A stretch of DNA of 51,189 nucleotides. Source: an uncultured Planctomycetia bacterium. GTDB lineage: Bacteria; Omnitrophota; Gorgyraeia; Duberdicusellales; 4484-171. Below, in pieces: positions 8,080-15,911 of this stretch (position 1 is its first letter; each line of letters starts with the position of its first letter). The stretch is taken from positions 1 through 51,189 of the forward strand of contig CAZHVO010000002.1 of NCBI GenBank assembly GCA_964536195.1, in the 5' to 3' direction. The notes under the pieces were generated by a model. It did no database searches. It had not been told where the DNA came from and worked only from the letters and a program-made list of their open reading frames with translations. The translations under genes were made by a program, and so were the position numbers.

Positions 8080-8311
8080 GCTCTCCTCCTTTCTTGTTAC
8101 TGATCTCTAATTTCAAATCCTGAATTATTTGCTTTTTTAACCAAAGATCTTTAGATACATGAACTATTTCTTTAATTACGTGGGAACGGGCAATCTTCTT
8201 GCCGGTTACAAAGTAGAGGTCTTTTATTATCTTGTCCAGAAAGTCCAATTCCTCCCTATTTATGAAGGAAACTACTTTGAAAAGTATTTGTTTTTTGTTG
8301 TATTCTTTCAT
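8072..8311 (-). CDS. Small ribbon-helix-helix-like protein (79 aa), candidate transcription regulator
   Basis: The pattern is beta-strand / helix / G-x-x-x-RS / helix: KQILFKVVSF - REELDFLDKIIKDL - TGKKIARSHVIKEIVHV. It is the first gene downstream of the riboswitch-like leader. Confidence 0.45.
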   Translation of the reverse strand: MKEYNKKQILFKVVSFINREELDFLDKIIKDLYFVTGKKIARSHVIKEIVHVSKDLWLKKQIIQDLKLEISNKKGGEHE

Positions 8312-8324
8312 CTTTCTAAAATTA

Positions 8325-8366
8325 AAAAAGCCCTTTTAAGGCACGTTCGACACCTAAAAGGGCTAA
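8325..8366 (-). terminator. Second terminator-like hairpin in the leader
   Basis: On the minus strand, GCCCTTTTAGG-loop-CCTTAAAAGGGC is followed by TTTTTTAATTTT. It ends 14 nt before the ATG at 8311. Confidence 0.5.
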
Positions 8367-8370
8367 CAAT

Positions 8371-8403
8371 AAAAAAAACCCTAAGGCAACTATCTTAGGG
8401 TTT
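8371..8403 (-). terminator. Rho-independent terminator; likely expression platform of the riboswitch
   Basis: On the minus strand, AAACCCTAAG-ATAGTTGC-CTTAGGGTTT is followed by an 8-T run. The left arm could alternatively pair with TTAGG at the 5' edge of the aptamer. Confidence 0.65.
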
Positions 8404-8411
8404 ACTAACTT

Positions 8412-8497
8412 CCCCCCTGGGTAACTCCTCTATCCTAATAGGACAGGTAGTTTTGCGTCTCCCAATTACTCGGGATTTGCCTTTATCCGAAGAGACC
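8412..8497 (-). ncRNA. Candidate c-di-GMP-I (GEMM-I) riboswitch aptamer
   Basis: The minus strand reads GGTCTCTTCGGATAAAGGCAAATCCCGAGTAATTGGGAGACGCAAAACTACCTGTCCTATTAGGATAGAGGAGTTACCCAGGGGGG. It contains the hallmark GGCAAA, a hairpin, GACGCAAA(A/G)C, a second hairpin (CTACCTGTCC / GGATAGAGGAG) and GTTACC, in GEMM-I order and spacing. This is a motif match by eye only. Confidence 0.6.
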
Positions 8498-8757
8498 TAA
8501 TTGTCAATCAGCTTACACTTAATTGATAACATATTTTTCGCAAAAAAGCAAGAGTATGAAAGGATAAAATTGCCCTTTTACCTTTTTGCACTCAGGCCAA
8601 AAAAGGTAATGCCTGCTTGGTCTTTCCACTCTAGTTATCTTGAAGATAGAACTCTGGGTAAATTTTTGGCGAAAGGGCTGGGAAAAAATACCTCAAAAGT
8701 GCTGGTTAGAGATTAGTCTATATTAGGGGGTAATTAGATGTGGCCAGTTTGGAAAGA

Positions 8758-9381
8758 TTATTTTTTAGCGAATTTTCTCTTAAATAGTCCTGTTCCCAGT
8801 AGGCCAATAGTGAGGAGAAATAAAGAAGCTGGTTCCGGTATCGGTTCGGTATGAATCTTAAGTATTATTTTTTGGTTAGTGAAATGACAGTCAGGATCAA
8901 AGCCAAGCCCGAAATTACCATCAGCTATTGCCTGGCTAAGTTTTGCTATTTCAAAGGGGCTAAAATTATAACTATAGTCCTCAGGAGGATTTACCAATCG
9001 CCCTAAATTTGAATCCCAATACTCATTATCATCAGTCCAGATAAAAAGCTGTTCACCGTTTGGTGCAAAATAATCTCCTGAGAAAAAGTCAAAGAATGCA
9101 CTAATACCTTCAGAAGCATCCTGAAACAAACGAACATACAGCCTATCGCTGTCTTCAATTATCCAATTATTAATATTGAGAAAATCTAAGGTTGCGCCGG
9201 TAATTACCTCACCAGTATCTAACTGCTGCCTAATGCCCCAGGAATAAGCCATTATGTGTGGTAAATCATACAAATCTTCTCGGGAGGGGATAAATGTATA
9301 GACAACAGCATAAGAGGCTTCAGGTATGGCCCCAAACATTAATATAGTCAAAAATAAAATTATGAGAAATCGCTTCATCAT
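8758..9381 (-). CDS. PEP-CTERM sorting-domain protein (exosortase cargo)
   Basis: N-terminal signal peptide. The C terminus IPEPASLFLLTIGLLGTGLFKRKFAKK is a PEP motif, TM helix and basic tail. RBS is AAGGAG. Confidence 0.8.
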   Translation of the reverse strand: MMKRFLIILFLTILMFGAIPEASYAVVYTFIPSREDLYDLPHIMAYSWGIRQQLDTGEVITGATLDFLNINNWIIEDSDRLYVRLFQDASEGISAFFDFFSGDYFAPNGEQLFIWTDDNEYWDSNLGRLVNPPEDYSYNFSPFEIAKLSQAIADGNFGLGFDPDCHFTNQKIILKIHTEPIPEPASLFLLTIGLLGTGLFKRKFAKK

Positions 9382-9426
9382 CTCTTATCTCCTTGCCTTA
9401 ACAGACCTCTTCCTACCTAAACTATA

Positions 9427-9442
9427 AGCAAGAACCTTGCCA
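9427..9442 (-). promoter_or_regulatory. Sigma-54 (-24/-12) promoter candidate
   Basis: The minus strand reads TGGCAA-GGTTC-TTGCT, with the GG and GC elements at the exact consensus spacing of TGGCAC-N5-TTGCW. It lies about 45 nt upstream of the PEP-CTERM start codon. Confidence 0.6.
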
Positions 9443-9526
9443 AAGTATTGGAAAGTGATAAAAAATTCATAACTGCTTATTTTTAAGGGATTTAAAGATT
9501 TTGGGAAATAAGGCCAGATTCCATAG

Positions 9527-9572
9527 ATGTCTAAAAAAGTGTAAACTTTACTGACAAATGTCTAAAAAAGTG
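9527..9572. repeat. Two perfect 15-bp direct repeats (ATGTCTAAAAAAGTG) spaced 31 bp; candidate enhancer-binding-protein site
   Basis: Copies at 9527-9541 and 9558-9572, 85-130 bp upstream of the -24 element. Confidence 0.5.
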
Positions 9573-9596
9573 GCAGTTTTATAATCTCCTAGAAAG

Positions 9597-9803
9597 CTAC
9601 CAATAATTCTCTTTAAACCACTGATCAGCCCGTTCAATTGCTTTCCAGGTATCGTAAGTATCGTCAGCTAAGCCTTTACCAAACCCACAGGCTGTTACCC
9701 CCACTCCTACAGCTACTCCGGTTGCTGTACCTTTTATAGCCTGGCAGCCGCTTATACCTACAACAAAGATAAGAAAAAGTAATCCAAAGACTAAATTACG
9801 CAT
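9597..9803 (-). CDS. Small lipoprotein (Gly-rich)
   Basis: The lipobox LIFVVGISGC follows MRNLVFGLL. I place the start at the internal Met (9803), which overlaps the end of gltX by 8 nt. Confidence 0.5.
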   Translation of the reverse strand: MRNLVFGLLFLIFVVGISGCQAIKGTATGVAVGVGVTACGFGKGLADDTYDTWKAIERADQWFKENYW

Positions 9804-11094
9804 CAGGGCCTCCTTGTTTCCAATAATCAATTAATTTACTCAACCGTTGGCAAACTTTATCTTTGCCTAAAACTTCCATTGTTTCAAATAATCCCGGGCC
9901 GATTCTCTTTCCGGTTAAAGCAATACGGGTAGGATGAACCAAATCTTTCATCTTCAACCCTAACTCTTTAATTATAGCCCTGAACTCTTTTTCAATCGCC
10001 TCAATATTAAAATCTGCGATTGCCTTTAATCTCTCCGATAAAGCCTTAACTTCTTTGGAAAGATCTCTTTCTAAAATGTCTTTTGTATCTTCGCTATAGC
10101 TAAAATCATCATAAAAGCAAAATCGGGCCCAGTCAACTAGGTCTGAGAGTTTAAAAATCCTTCCCTGGAAAAGAGAAGCAACTTTCTCTAGATAGCTTCT
10201 TTCTACTCCTGGGGGAAGAAACTCTTTAGTCTTTAGGAAATCTTCAACCAAATCGCTAAGCTCATCCTTTTCCATTCCCTTTATATACTCAGCATTTACC
10301 CAATTGAGCTTATCTATAGAGAATGCTGCTCCGGTCTTATTAACATTACTTATCTTGAAGATATCTTTAGCTTCATTTAAAGAAAATATCTCTTTATTAT
10401 CTCCTGGTGACCAACCTAACAGCAAGAGATAATTAGCTATAGCTTTAGATAAATAGCCCATTTCTCTATACTCTCTGATTGAAGTTGCCCCAAACCTCTT
10501 GGAAAGCCTTCCTCCTCCCGGAGATAAAATTAAGGGAACATGAGCAAATTGAGGCAGTTTAAAGCCTAAACCCTGATAGATTAAAATCTGCTTAGGGGTA
10601 TTAGATATATGATCTTCACCTCTTATTACACAACTTATCTTTATTAGGGCATCGTCAATACAACAGCTAAAGTTATAAGTCGGTGAATTATCACTCTTTA
10701 TGATTACCTCTTCGCTCTTAGGTAACTCAGTAAAGACAATCTTACCCCGAATTAAATCATCTATCTCTACTTTCTGGAAATCATACTTAAAAAATATTGC
10801 TCCTTCTTTATGATAAGCTTTGCCCTCTTTAACTAATTTGTTAGCATATTCACGATAAATATCGAATCGTTTAGATTGGTAATGGATTTCATCCCAATCC
10901 ATACCCAGCCACTTTATGCTCTCTAATATCTCATCAAGATATTCTTTCTTAGAGCGCTCTAGGTCAGTATCCTCAATCCGTAAAATAAACTCACCACCGA
11001 TATGCTTAGCATAGAGCCAATTAAACATACAGGTACGTGCTCCACCAATATGTAAATATCCTGTAGGAGAAGGTGCAAATCTTATTCTTGGCAT
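9796..11094 (-). CDS. gltX: Glutamate--tRNA ligase
   Basis: RFAPSPTGYLHIGGART (HIGH motif), RIEDTD and RLSKRFG (KMSKS-type motif). At 432 aa it is somewhat short. Confidence 0.9.
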   Translation of the reverse strand: MPRIRFAPSPTGYLHIGGARTCMFNWLYAKHIGGEFILRIEDTDLERSKKEYLDEILESIKWLGMDWDEIHYQSKRFDIYREYANKLVKEGKAYHKEGAIFFKYDFQKVEIDDLIRGKIVFTELPKSEEVIIKSDNSPTYNFSCCIDDALIKISCVIRGEDHISNTPKQILIYQGLGFKLPQFAHVPLILSPGGGRLSKRFGATSIREYREMGYLSKAIANYLLLLGWSPGDNKEIFSLNEAKDIFKISNVNKTGAAFSIDKLNWVNAEYIKGMEKDELSDLVEDFLKTKEFLPPGVERSYLEKVASLFQGRIFKLSDLVDWARFCFYDDFSYSEDTKDILERDLSKEVKALSERLKAIADFNIEAIEKEFRAIIKELGLKMKDLVHPTRIALTGKRIGPGLFETMEVLGKDKVCQRLSKLIDYWKQGGPDA

Positions 11095-11673
11095 TTATTT
11101 TTTCTCCTTATTCTTAGCTAATAAAGCTTGGCCTTTATCCAAAGCCTTTAAATTCTGATTTATCGTATTTTGGTTCTTAAATGTCTCTTTTATGGCATTA
11201 ACTAAAGTTTCCTTCTTAAAGATACCGGGATCCAAGGAAAGAAGTGCTCCTAAAGCAACTACATTGGCTACCCTTATATTACCACAATCAAGGGCTATTT
11301 TATTTAAAGGCAAACTAGTCCCTCTAATATTATCACCTGGATTCTTAGCACTTATAAGGTCAGAGTTAAGAATAAGAATACCACACTTTTTAAGTTCCTT
11401 TTTAAACTTATCTAGAGATGGTTGATTAAGAATCAAAGCGATATCAGGGTGGTCATAAAAAGGAGAAGCTATTGGTGAATCAGAGATCTTTACACAACAG
11501 TGAGCAGTACCTCCACGCACCTCAGCACCATAAGAGGGAAAGTAAGTTGTGCATTTGCCTTCCTTGAGGGCAGCTTTGGCTAAAAACTTACCTAAGCTCA
11601 TTATGCCTTGACCGCCAAACCCAGAGATTAAAATCTCTGTTTTCCTTTTTCCTCTTTTATCTTTTTTCTTCAT
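11095..11673 (-). CDS. 2-oxoacid:ferredoxin oxidoreductase, gamma subunit
   Basis: ISGFGGQGIMSLGKFLA...SYGAEVRGGTAHC is the typical gamma-subunit pattern, and the operon context agrees. Confidence 0.85.
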   Translation of the reverse strand: MKKKDKRGKRKTEILISGFGGQGIMSLGKFLAKAALKEGKCTTYFPSYGAEVRGGTAHCCVKISDSPIASPFYDHPDIALILNQPSLDKFKKELKKCGILILNSDLISAKNPGDNIRGTSLPLNKIALDCGNIRVANVVALGALLSLDPGIFKKETLVNAIKETFKNQNTINQNLKALDKGQALLAKNKEKK

Positions 11674-12410
11674 CCTTTATCCTTAATAATCCCTAAAGGG
11701 AATTCCTTTACCATCTCCTGATTCATCCATTTTACTGCTTCAATCGGAGTCTTTTTCCAAACAGTAGGACAGGGACTTAAGACTTCTACCATAGAAAAAC
11801 CTTTCTTCTCTATTTGATTAATAAAGGCTCTTTTTATATATTGATAAGTCTGCCTAACCCCTTGAGGTTTACTTATTGAGCTGCGAACAAGATAATTTAC
11901 TCCTTCTAAGGGAGCTAATAATTCACTTACCTTCAGAGGCCAACCATCACCAAAAGCCGGATTCCTACCCCAAGGAGTAGTGGTTGTCTTCTGTCCAATA
12001 ATAGTAGTTGGAGCCATTTGTCCTCCGGTCATTCCATAACAAGCATTATTTACAAAAATACAGGTTAAGTTCTCTCCTCTATTTGCTGCATGTAAGGTCT
12101 CAGCAATACCAATAGAAGCTAGATCTCCGTCACCTTGATAAGTAAATACTGTTAAGTTAGGCTGAGACCTCTTTATTCCAGTAGCAACAGCTAAGGCCCG
12201 GCCATGAGCAGCTTCAGTGACATCAAAATCCCAGTAATTATAAGCTAGAACTGCGCAGCCAACCGGAGCAATCCCTACTATCTTTTCTCTTAAGTTTAAC
12301 TCATCTATTACCTGAGCCACTAGGCGATGTAAGATTCCGTGGCCACAGCCAGGGCAATAGTGAGTGCTTATGTCGCGTAAAGATTTTGGTGGTAAGAGTT
12401 CCTTATTCAT
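11670..12410 (-). CDS. 2-oxoacid:ferredoxin oxidoreductase, beta (TPP-binding) subunit
   Basis: N-terminal YCPGCGHG and the TPP motif YQGDGDLASIG...NN. The gene overlaps both neighbours by 4 nt. Confidence 0.85.
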   Translation of the reverse strand: MNKELLPPKSLRDISTHYCPGCGHGILHRLVAQVIDELNLREKIVGIAPVGCAVLAYNYWDFDVTEAAHGRALAVATGIKRSQPNLTVFTYQGDGDLASIGIAETLHAANRGENLTCIFVNNACYGMTGGQMAPTTIIGQKTTTTPWGRNPAFGDGWPLKVSELLAPLEGVNYLVRSSISKPQGVRQTYQYIKRAFINQIEKKGFSMVEVLSPCPTVWKKTPIEAVKWMNQEMVKEFPLGIIKDKG

Positions 12411-13474
12411 AAATTTTTCTCTATAGCTCTTATGATCTCTTTTGCCTGAGGTACTCCTCCTCCGGCTTTACCTAAAAAATAAATTTCTTTATTAGGCAAG
12501 GCTAACTTCACATCTTCAATCATCTGGCCTAAGGATTGTTCGACAACCAAGACTTTCTTTACTTTCTTAGCTGTTTCTCTTAAGCCTTTCTCGGGATAAG
12601 GCCAAAGGCTTATCGGCCGAAATAATCCGGCCTTTATCTTTTGCTTTCTTAAAATATCTACTGCCTCAAGAGCAATTCTCGCCTGAGACCCATAGGCTAT
12701 GATCAAATATTTAGCATCTTTAGTCTTATAAGCAGAAAATCTCTGTTCATTCTTTCTTATTTTCTCCCACTTTTCTCTTAACTTCTCATTGTGCTTCTCG
12801 AGTGCTCTATCTCCTAGGAACAAGGACATTATGGCATTAGCCGGTCTATTTTTAGCTCCGGTTAAAGCCCAAGATTTTTTCGGTAGCTTTTTCCCAAACA
12901 CACTCTTAAAAGATAACTCAACCGGTTCCATCATCTGTCCGATTATTGCATCAGCTAAGATTAAAACCGGATTTCTATAGTAATCAGCTAAATCAAAACT
13001 AAGAACAACTAGCTTTATTGCCTCTTCTACACTCCAAGGGGCTAGGACCGGTGTAAAATAATCTCCATGCCCGCCGCCTCGGGTAGCTTGAAAATAATCA
13101 CTCTGACTAGAATCAATATTGCCCAGGCCAGGACCTCCACGCATTACATTGATTATAACTGCTGGAAGCTGACATCCGGCTAAATAAGAAATCCCCTCTT
13201 GTTTCAAAGATATTCCTGGACTCGAAGAAGATGTCATTGTCCTTACCCCTGAGACTGAGGCACCAAAGATCATATTAATAGCTGCTAGCTCACTCTCAGC
13301 CTGAACAAAGGTTTGACCTTCTTCTCTCATCCTCTTAGCCATATAAGCTGTTAGCTCATTCTGAGGAGTTATTGGATATCCGGCATAGAACTTACAACCA
13401 GCCTTAACAGCAGCCTCTCCCATTGCCTCATTTCCGCTCATCAATACCTTAGTTGGTCTTTTATTTTTTGCCAT
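12407..13474 (-). CDS. 2-oxoacid:ferredoxin oxidoreductase, alpha subunit
   Basis: MSGNEAMGEAAVKAGCKFYAGYPITPQNE is the typical alpha N-terminus. I prefer the ATG at 13474 (2 nt after the delta stop) over the TTG at 13492 used in the ORF track. Confidence 0.85.
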   Translation of the reverse strand: MAKNKRPTKVLMSGNEAMGEAAVKAGCKFYAGYPITPQNELTAYMAKRMREEGQTFVQAESELAAINMIFGASVSGVRTMTSSSSPGISLKQEGISYLAGCQLPAVIINVMRGGPGLGNIDSSQSDYFQATRGGGHGDYFTPVLAPWSVEEAIKLVVLSFDLADYYRNPVLILADAIIGQMMEPVELSFKSVFGKKLPKKSWALTGAKNRPANAIMSLFLGDRALEKHNEKLREKWEKIRKNEQRFSAYKTKDAKYLIIAYGSQARIALEAVDILRKQKIKAGLFRPISLWPYPEKGLRETAKKVKKVLVVEQSLGQMIEDVKLALPNKEIYFLGKAGGGVPQAKEIIRAIEKNL

Positions 13475-13475
13475 C

Positions 13476-13685
13476 TTACTTTTGTATCTCAATGCACCTA
13501 TCAGGACAAATTAGAAAACAAAAACCACATCCGCTGCATTTAGCGCCTTTCTTAAAATTAGCAGACTTAACTCCCCTCTTATTCAGGTTAGAAGAAAGTT
13601 CTAAACTCCCCAGGGGGCAGTAAAAAATACAAAGTTCACAACCCTTACATTTATCTTTCTCTATCTTTATTTTAGCCATGAGCAT
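13476..13685 (-). CDS. 4Fe-4S ferredoxin-type delta subunit of the oxidoreductase
   Basis: Two cluster motifs, CKGCELCIFYCP and CSGCGFCFLICP. Confidence 0.8.
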   Translation of the reverse strand: MLMAKIKIEKDKCKGCELCIFYCPLGSLELSSNLNKRGVKSANFKKGAKCSGCGFCFLICPDRCIEIQK

Positions 13686-15540
13686 TATCTTGTAATAACT
13701 TCTTTATTCTTTTGGCCAGAAAAGAAGCATTGAGTCCGTAAATATCAAAAAGCTTTTCCCTTTTCCCTGCTGGAATAAACTGATCAGGAAAACCAGCTCT
13801 TATTATCCTGGCCTTACCAAGAAGATTTTCCTTCTCGTAAAACTCTAGAATTGCCGATCCAAATCCGCAATCTAGGGCTCCATCTTCAACGGTAATAATT
13901 AAATTAAATTTATTGGCCAATTTCTTCAATAGATTTTCATCTAGTGGCTTTATAAAACGAGCATTTACCAAAAATGTACTCAGGCCCTCTTCTTTTAAGA
14001 GAGCAGCACACTCACCGGCTGTCTTTACCATTGAGCCTACGGCAATTATACAAACATCTTCACCTTCGCTTATAACTTGCGACCGGCCTAATTTAATTGG
14101 CTCTCTATTACCCAAGGAATAAGCATAACCCTTAGGATAACGAATGCTTACCGGGTGAGTGAGCCCTAATGAAAACTCTAACATATCTTCTAGCTCCTCT
14201 TTATCCTTAGAAGCCATACAAACCATATTAGGTATTAACCTTAGATACCCTAGATCAAATACACCGTGATGAGTAGGGCCATCCTCTCCGACTACCCCCC
14301 CTCTATCAACTGCAAAGACTACATTCAAATCTTGTAGGGCAACATCATGAATTATCTGATCAAATGCTCGCTGCAGGAATGTAGAGTAGATAGCTACAAC
14401 CGGTTTTAACCCTTGTTTAGCCAGACCACTAGCAAAACCAACTGCGTGAGCCTCAGCAATACCTAAATCAAAGAGCCTTTGGGGAAACTCTTCCTGGAAT
14501 AGAAGAAGGCCGGTTCCCTTAGGCATAGCTGCGGTTATAGCCACGATTCTCTTATCTTCTTTGGCTAAACTTTTGAGCTTTTTAGCAAAAACTTCACTAA
14601 AATCATCACCAGCTCTAGGTTTAGACCTGCCAGTAGCAACATCAAATGAAGAAATCCCATGAAAATTCTCAGGATTCTGTTCAGAAAACTTATAGCCTTT
14701 TCCTTTTTTAGTAATTACGTGTAGAACCTTAGGTCCTTTTAGGGAAATGATATTATTTAAAGTTGGAATTAATACATCTAAGTTATGCCCATCAATAGGG
14801 CCAAAATAGCGAAAACCTAATTCTTCAAAGAACAACCCTGGTACAATTAAACCCTTCACTGACTCTTCAAACTTCCTGGCTTTTTTAACCAACCTCTTAA
14901 TTAAAGAAAAGTGAGTTAAGAATTTCTCCAATTCATTTTTGATCCGGTTATAAATAGGAGCTGATATAATTTTAGTAAGATGGCTACTCAAAGCACCTAC
15001 TGAAGGAGAAATACTCATCTCATTATGATTAACAACTACCAGCATATCACTTTGTGAATGACCAGATGAATTTAAAGCTTCAAAGCACATCCCGCCAGTT
15101 AAAGACCCATCACCAATAACAGCAACAGTCTTAGAACTATCTTCATTTAACCGTTTTGCCTCTGAGATTCCCTGAACCCAAGAGATAGCTGTAGAGGCAT
15201 GGCCGGATATGTAAACATCATAGACAGATTCCTTGTAGTTGGGAAAACCACTAATTCCTTCATACTCCCTTAAGTTAAGAAAAGCATTTTTTCTGCCGGT
15301 AATAATCTTATGAGCATAGGTTTGATGGCCAACATCAAATACCAGGGAGTCCTTAGGCAAATCCAGGCAAATTGCCAAAGCAACACAGAGCTCTACCGCC
15401 CCCAGGGATGAAGCAAGGTGGCCTCCCTTTTTCGACACCACCTTAACAATCAAATCCCTTATCTCTTGGTTAAGGGTTTTTAACTCTTCCGAGGTTAGTT
15501 TTTTTAGATTTTCTGGGGAACTGATTCTTTCTAAAATCAT
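13672..15540 (-). CDS. dxs: 1-deoxy-D-xylulose-5-phosphate synthase
   Basis: GGHLASSLG, FDVGHQTYAHKIITGR, GHASTAIS, IGDGSLTGGM and the transketolase-like C-terminal half. Length is 622 aa. Confidence 0.95.
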   Translation of the reverse strand: MILERISSPENLKKLTSEELKTLNQEIRDLIVKVVSKKGGHLASSLGAVELCVALAICLDLPKDSLVFDVGHQTYAHKIITGRKNAFLNLREYEGISGFPNYKESVYDVYISGHASTAISWVQGISEAKRLNEDSSKTVAVIGDGSLTGGMCFEALNSSGHSQSDMLVVVNHNEMSISPSVGALSSHLTKIISAPIYNRIKNELEKFLTHFSLIKRLVKKARKFEESVKGLIVPGLFFEELGFRYFGPIDGHNLDVLIPTLNNIISLKGPKVLHVITKKGKGYKFSEQNPENFHGISSFDVATGRSKPRAGDDFSEVFAKKLKSLAKEDKRIVAITAAMPKGTGLLLFQEEFPQRLFDLGIAEAHAVGFASGLAKQGLKPVVAIYSTFLQRAFDQIIHDVALQDLNVVFAVDRGGVVGEDGPTHHGVFDLGYLRLIPNMVCMASKDKEELEDMLEFSLGLTHPVSIRYPKGYAYSLGNREPIKLGRSQVISEGEDVCIIAVGSMVKTAGECAALLKEEGLSTFLVNARFIKPLDENLLKKLANKFNLIITVEDGALDCGFGSAILEFYEKENLLGKARIIRAGFPDQFIPAGKREKLFDIYGLNASFLAKRIKKLLQDNAHG

Positions 15541-15896
15541 TTTTGATCGGAAATAGCGGCGTCTACAAAATTCTCTACTACTTTTCTATCTCTTTCGGCA
15601 ATTTCATAAAATTCTACACCAGTATCCCAAATATCAGCTTCGTCCTCATTGGAACCAACTTTTTTCACTACCCAGACTATTCTACCCTTGCAAATTATCT
15701 GGGTACCACTTAAGAATACCTCTAGCCCTACAAGAGAAGAGATATCTAAGCTCTCTTCAATTATGACCCTTACTCCTCCAGCTCCAATATTCTCGGTATG
15801 TGAAATAAGAACATGCTCTGCAGGAGTATAAATAAGTATTTTACAGGGAAAATTAGCTCTTATGAAATTTCTTTTTTCTAAACCATCCCAAGCCAT
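15537..15896 (-). CDS. PilZ domain protein (c-di-GMP receptor candidate)
   Basis: An RxxxR motif (EKRNFIRANF) is followed by N-x-G-x-G-G (TENIGAGGVRV). The stop overlaps the dxs start by 4 nt. Confidence 0.7.
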   Translation of the reverse strand: MAWDGLEKRNFIRANFPCKILIYTPAEHVLISHTENIGAGGVRVIIEESLDISSLVGLEVFLSGTQIICKGRIVWVVKKVGSNEDEADIWDTGVEFYEIAERDRKVVENFVDAAISDQK

Positions 15897-15911
15897 AATG
15901 CACCTCGTTTA

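Noticed and set aside
7763-8398. Plus-strand ORFs 7763-8110 and 8159-8398, as alternatives to the minus-strand small genes
   Set aside because: The minus-strand reading gives a signal peptide, an RHH-like pattern, a GGAGGAG-coupled start, and an upstream leader with terminators on the same strand. The plus-strand ORFs have none of these.
8501-8716. A 71-aa plus-strand ORF in the gap between the PEP-CTERM gene and the riboswitch
   Set aside because: It has a non-ATG start, no RBS and no recognisable motifs. The region is more plausibly the promoter/5' region of the riboswitch transcript and the 3' UTR of the PEP-CTERM gene.
9527-9572. Possible CRISPR or other array, given the exact 15-bp repeats
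   Set aside because: There are only two copies, they are short, there are no cas genes, and the spacing and position fit a regulatory upstream activating sequence instead.
9796-11094. gltX as a truncated gene or pseudogene (432 aa)
   Set aside because: The HIGH and KMSKS-type motifs are intact, the frame is open and tightly packed between neighbours, and it has a normal N terminus. It is short, but nothing indicates decay.
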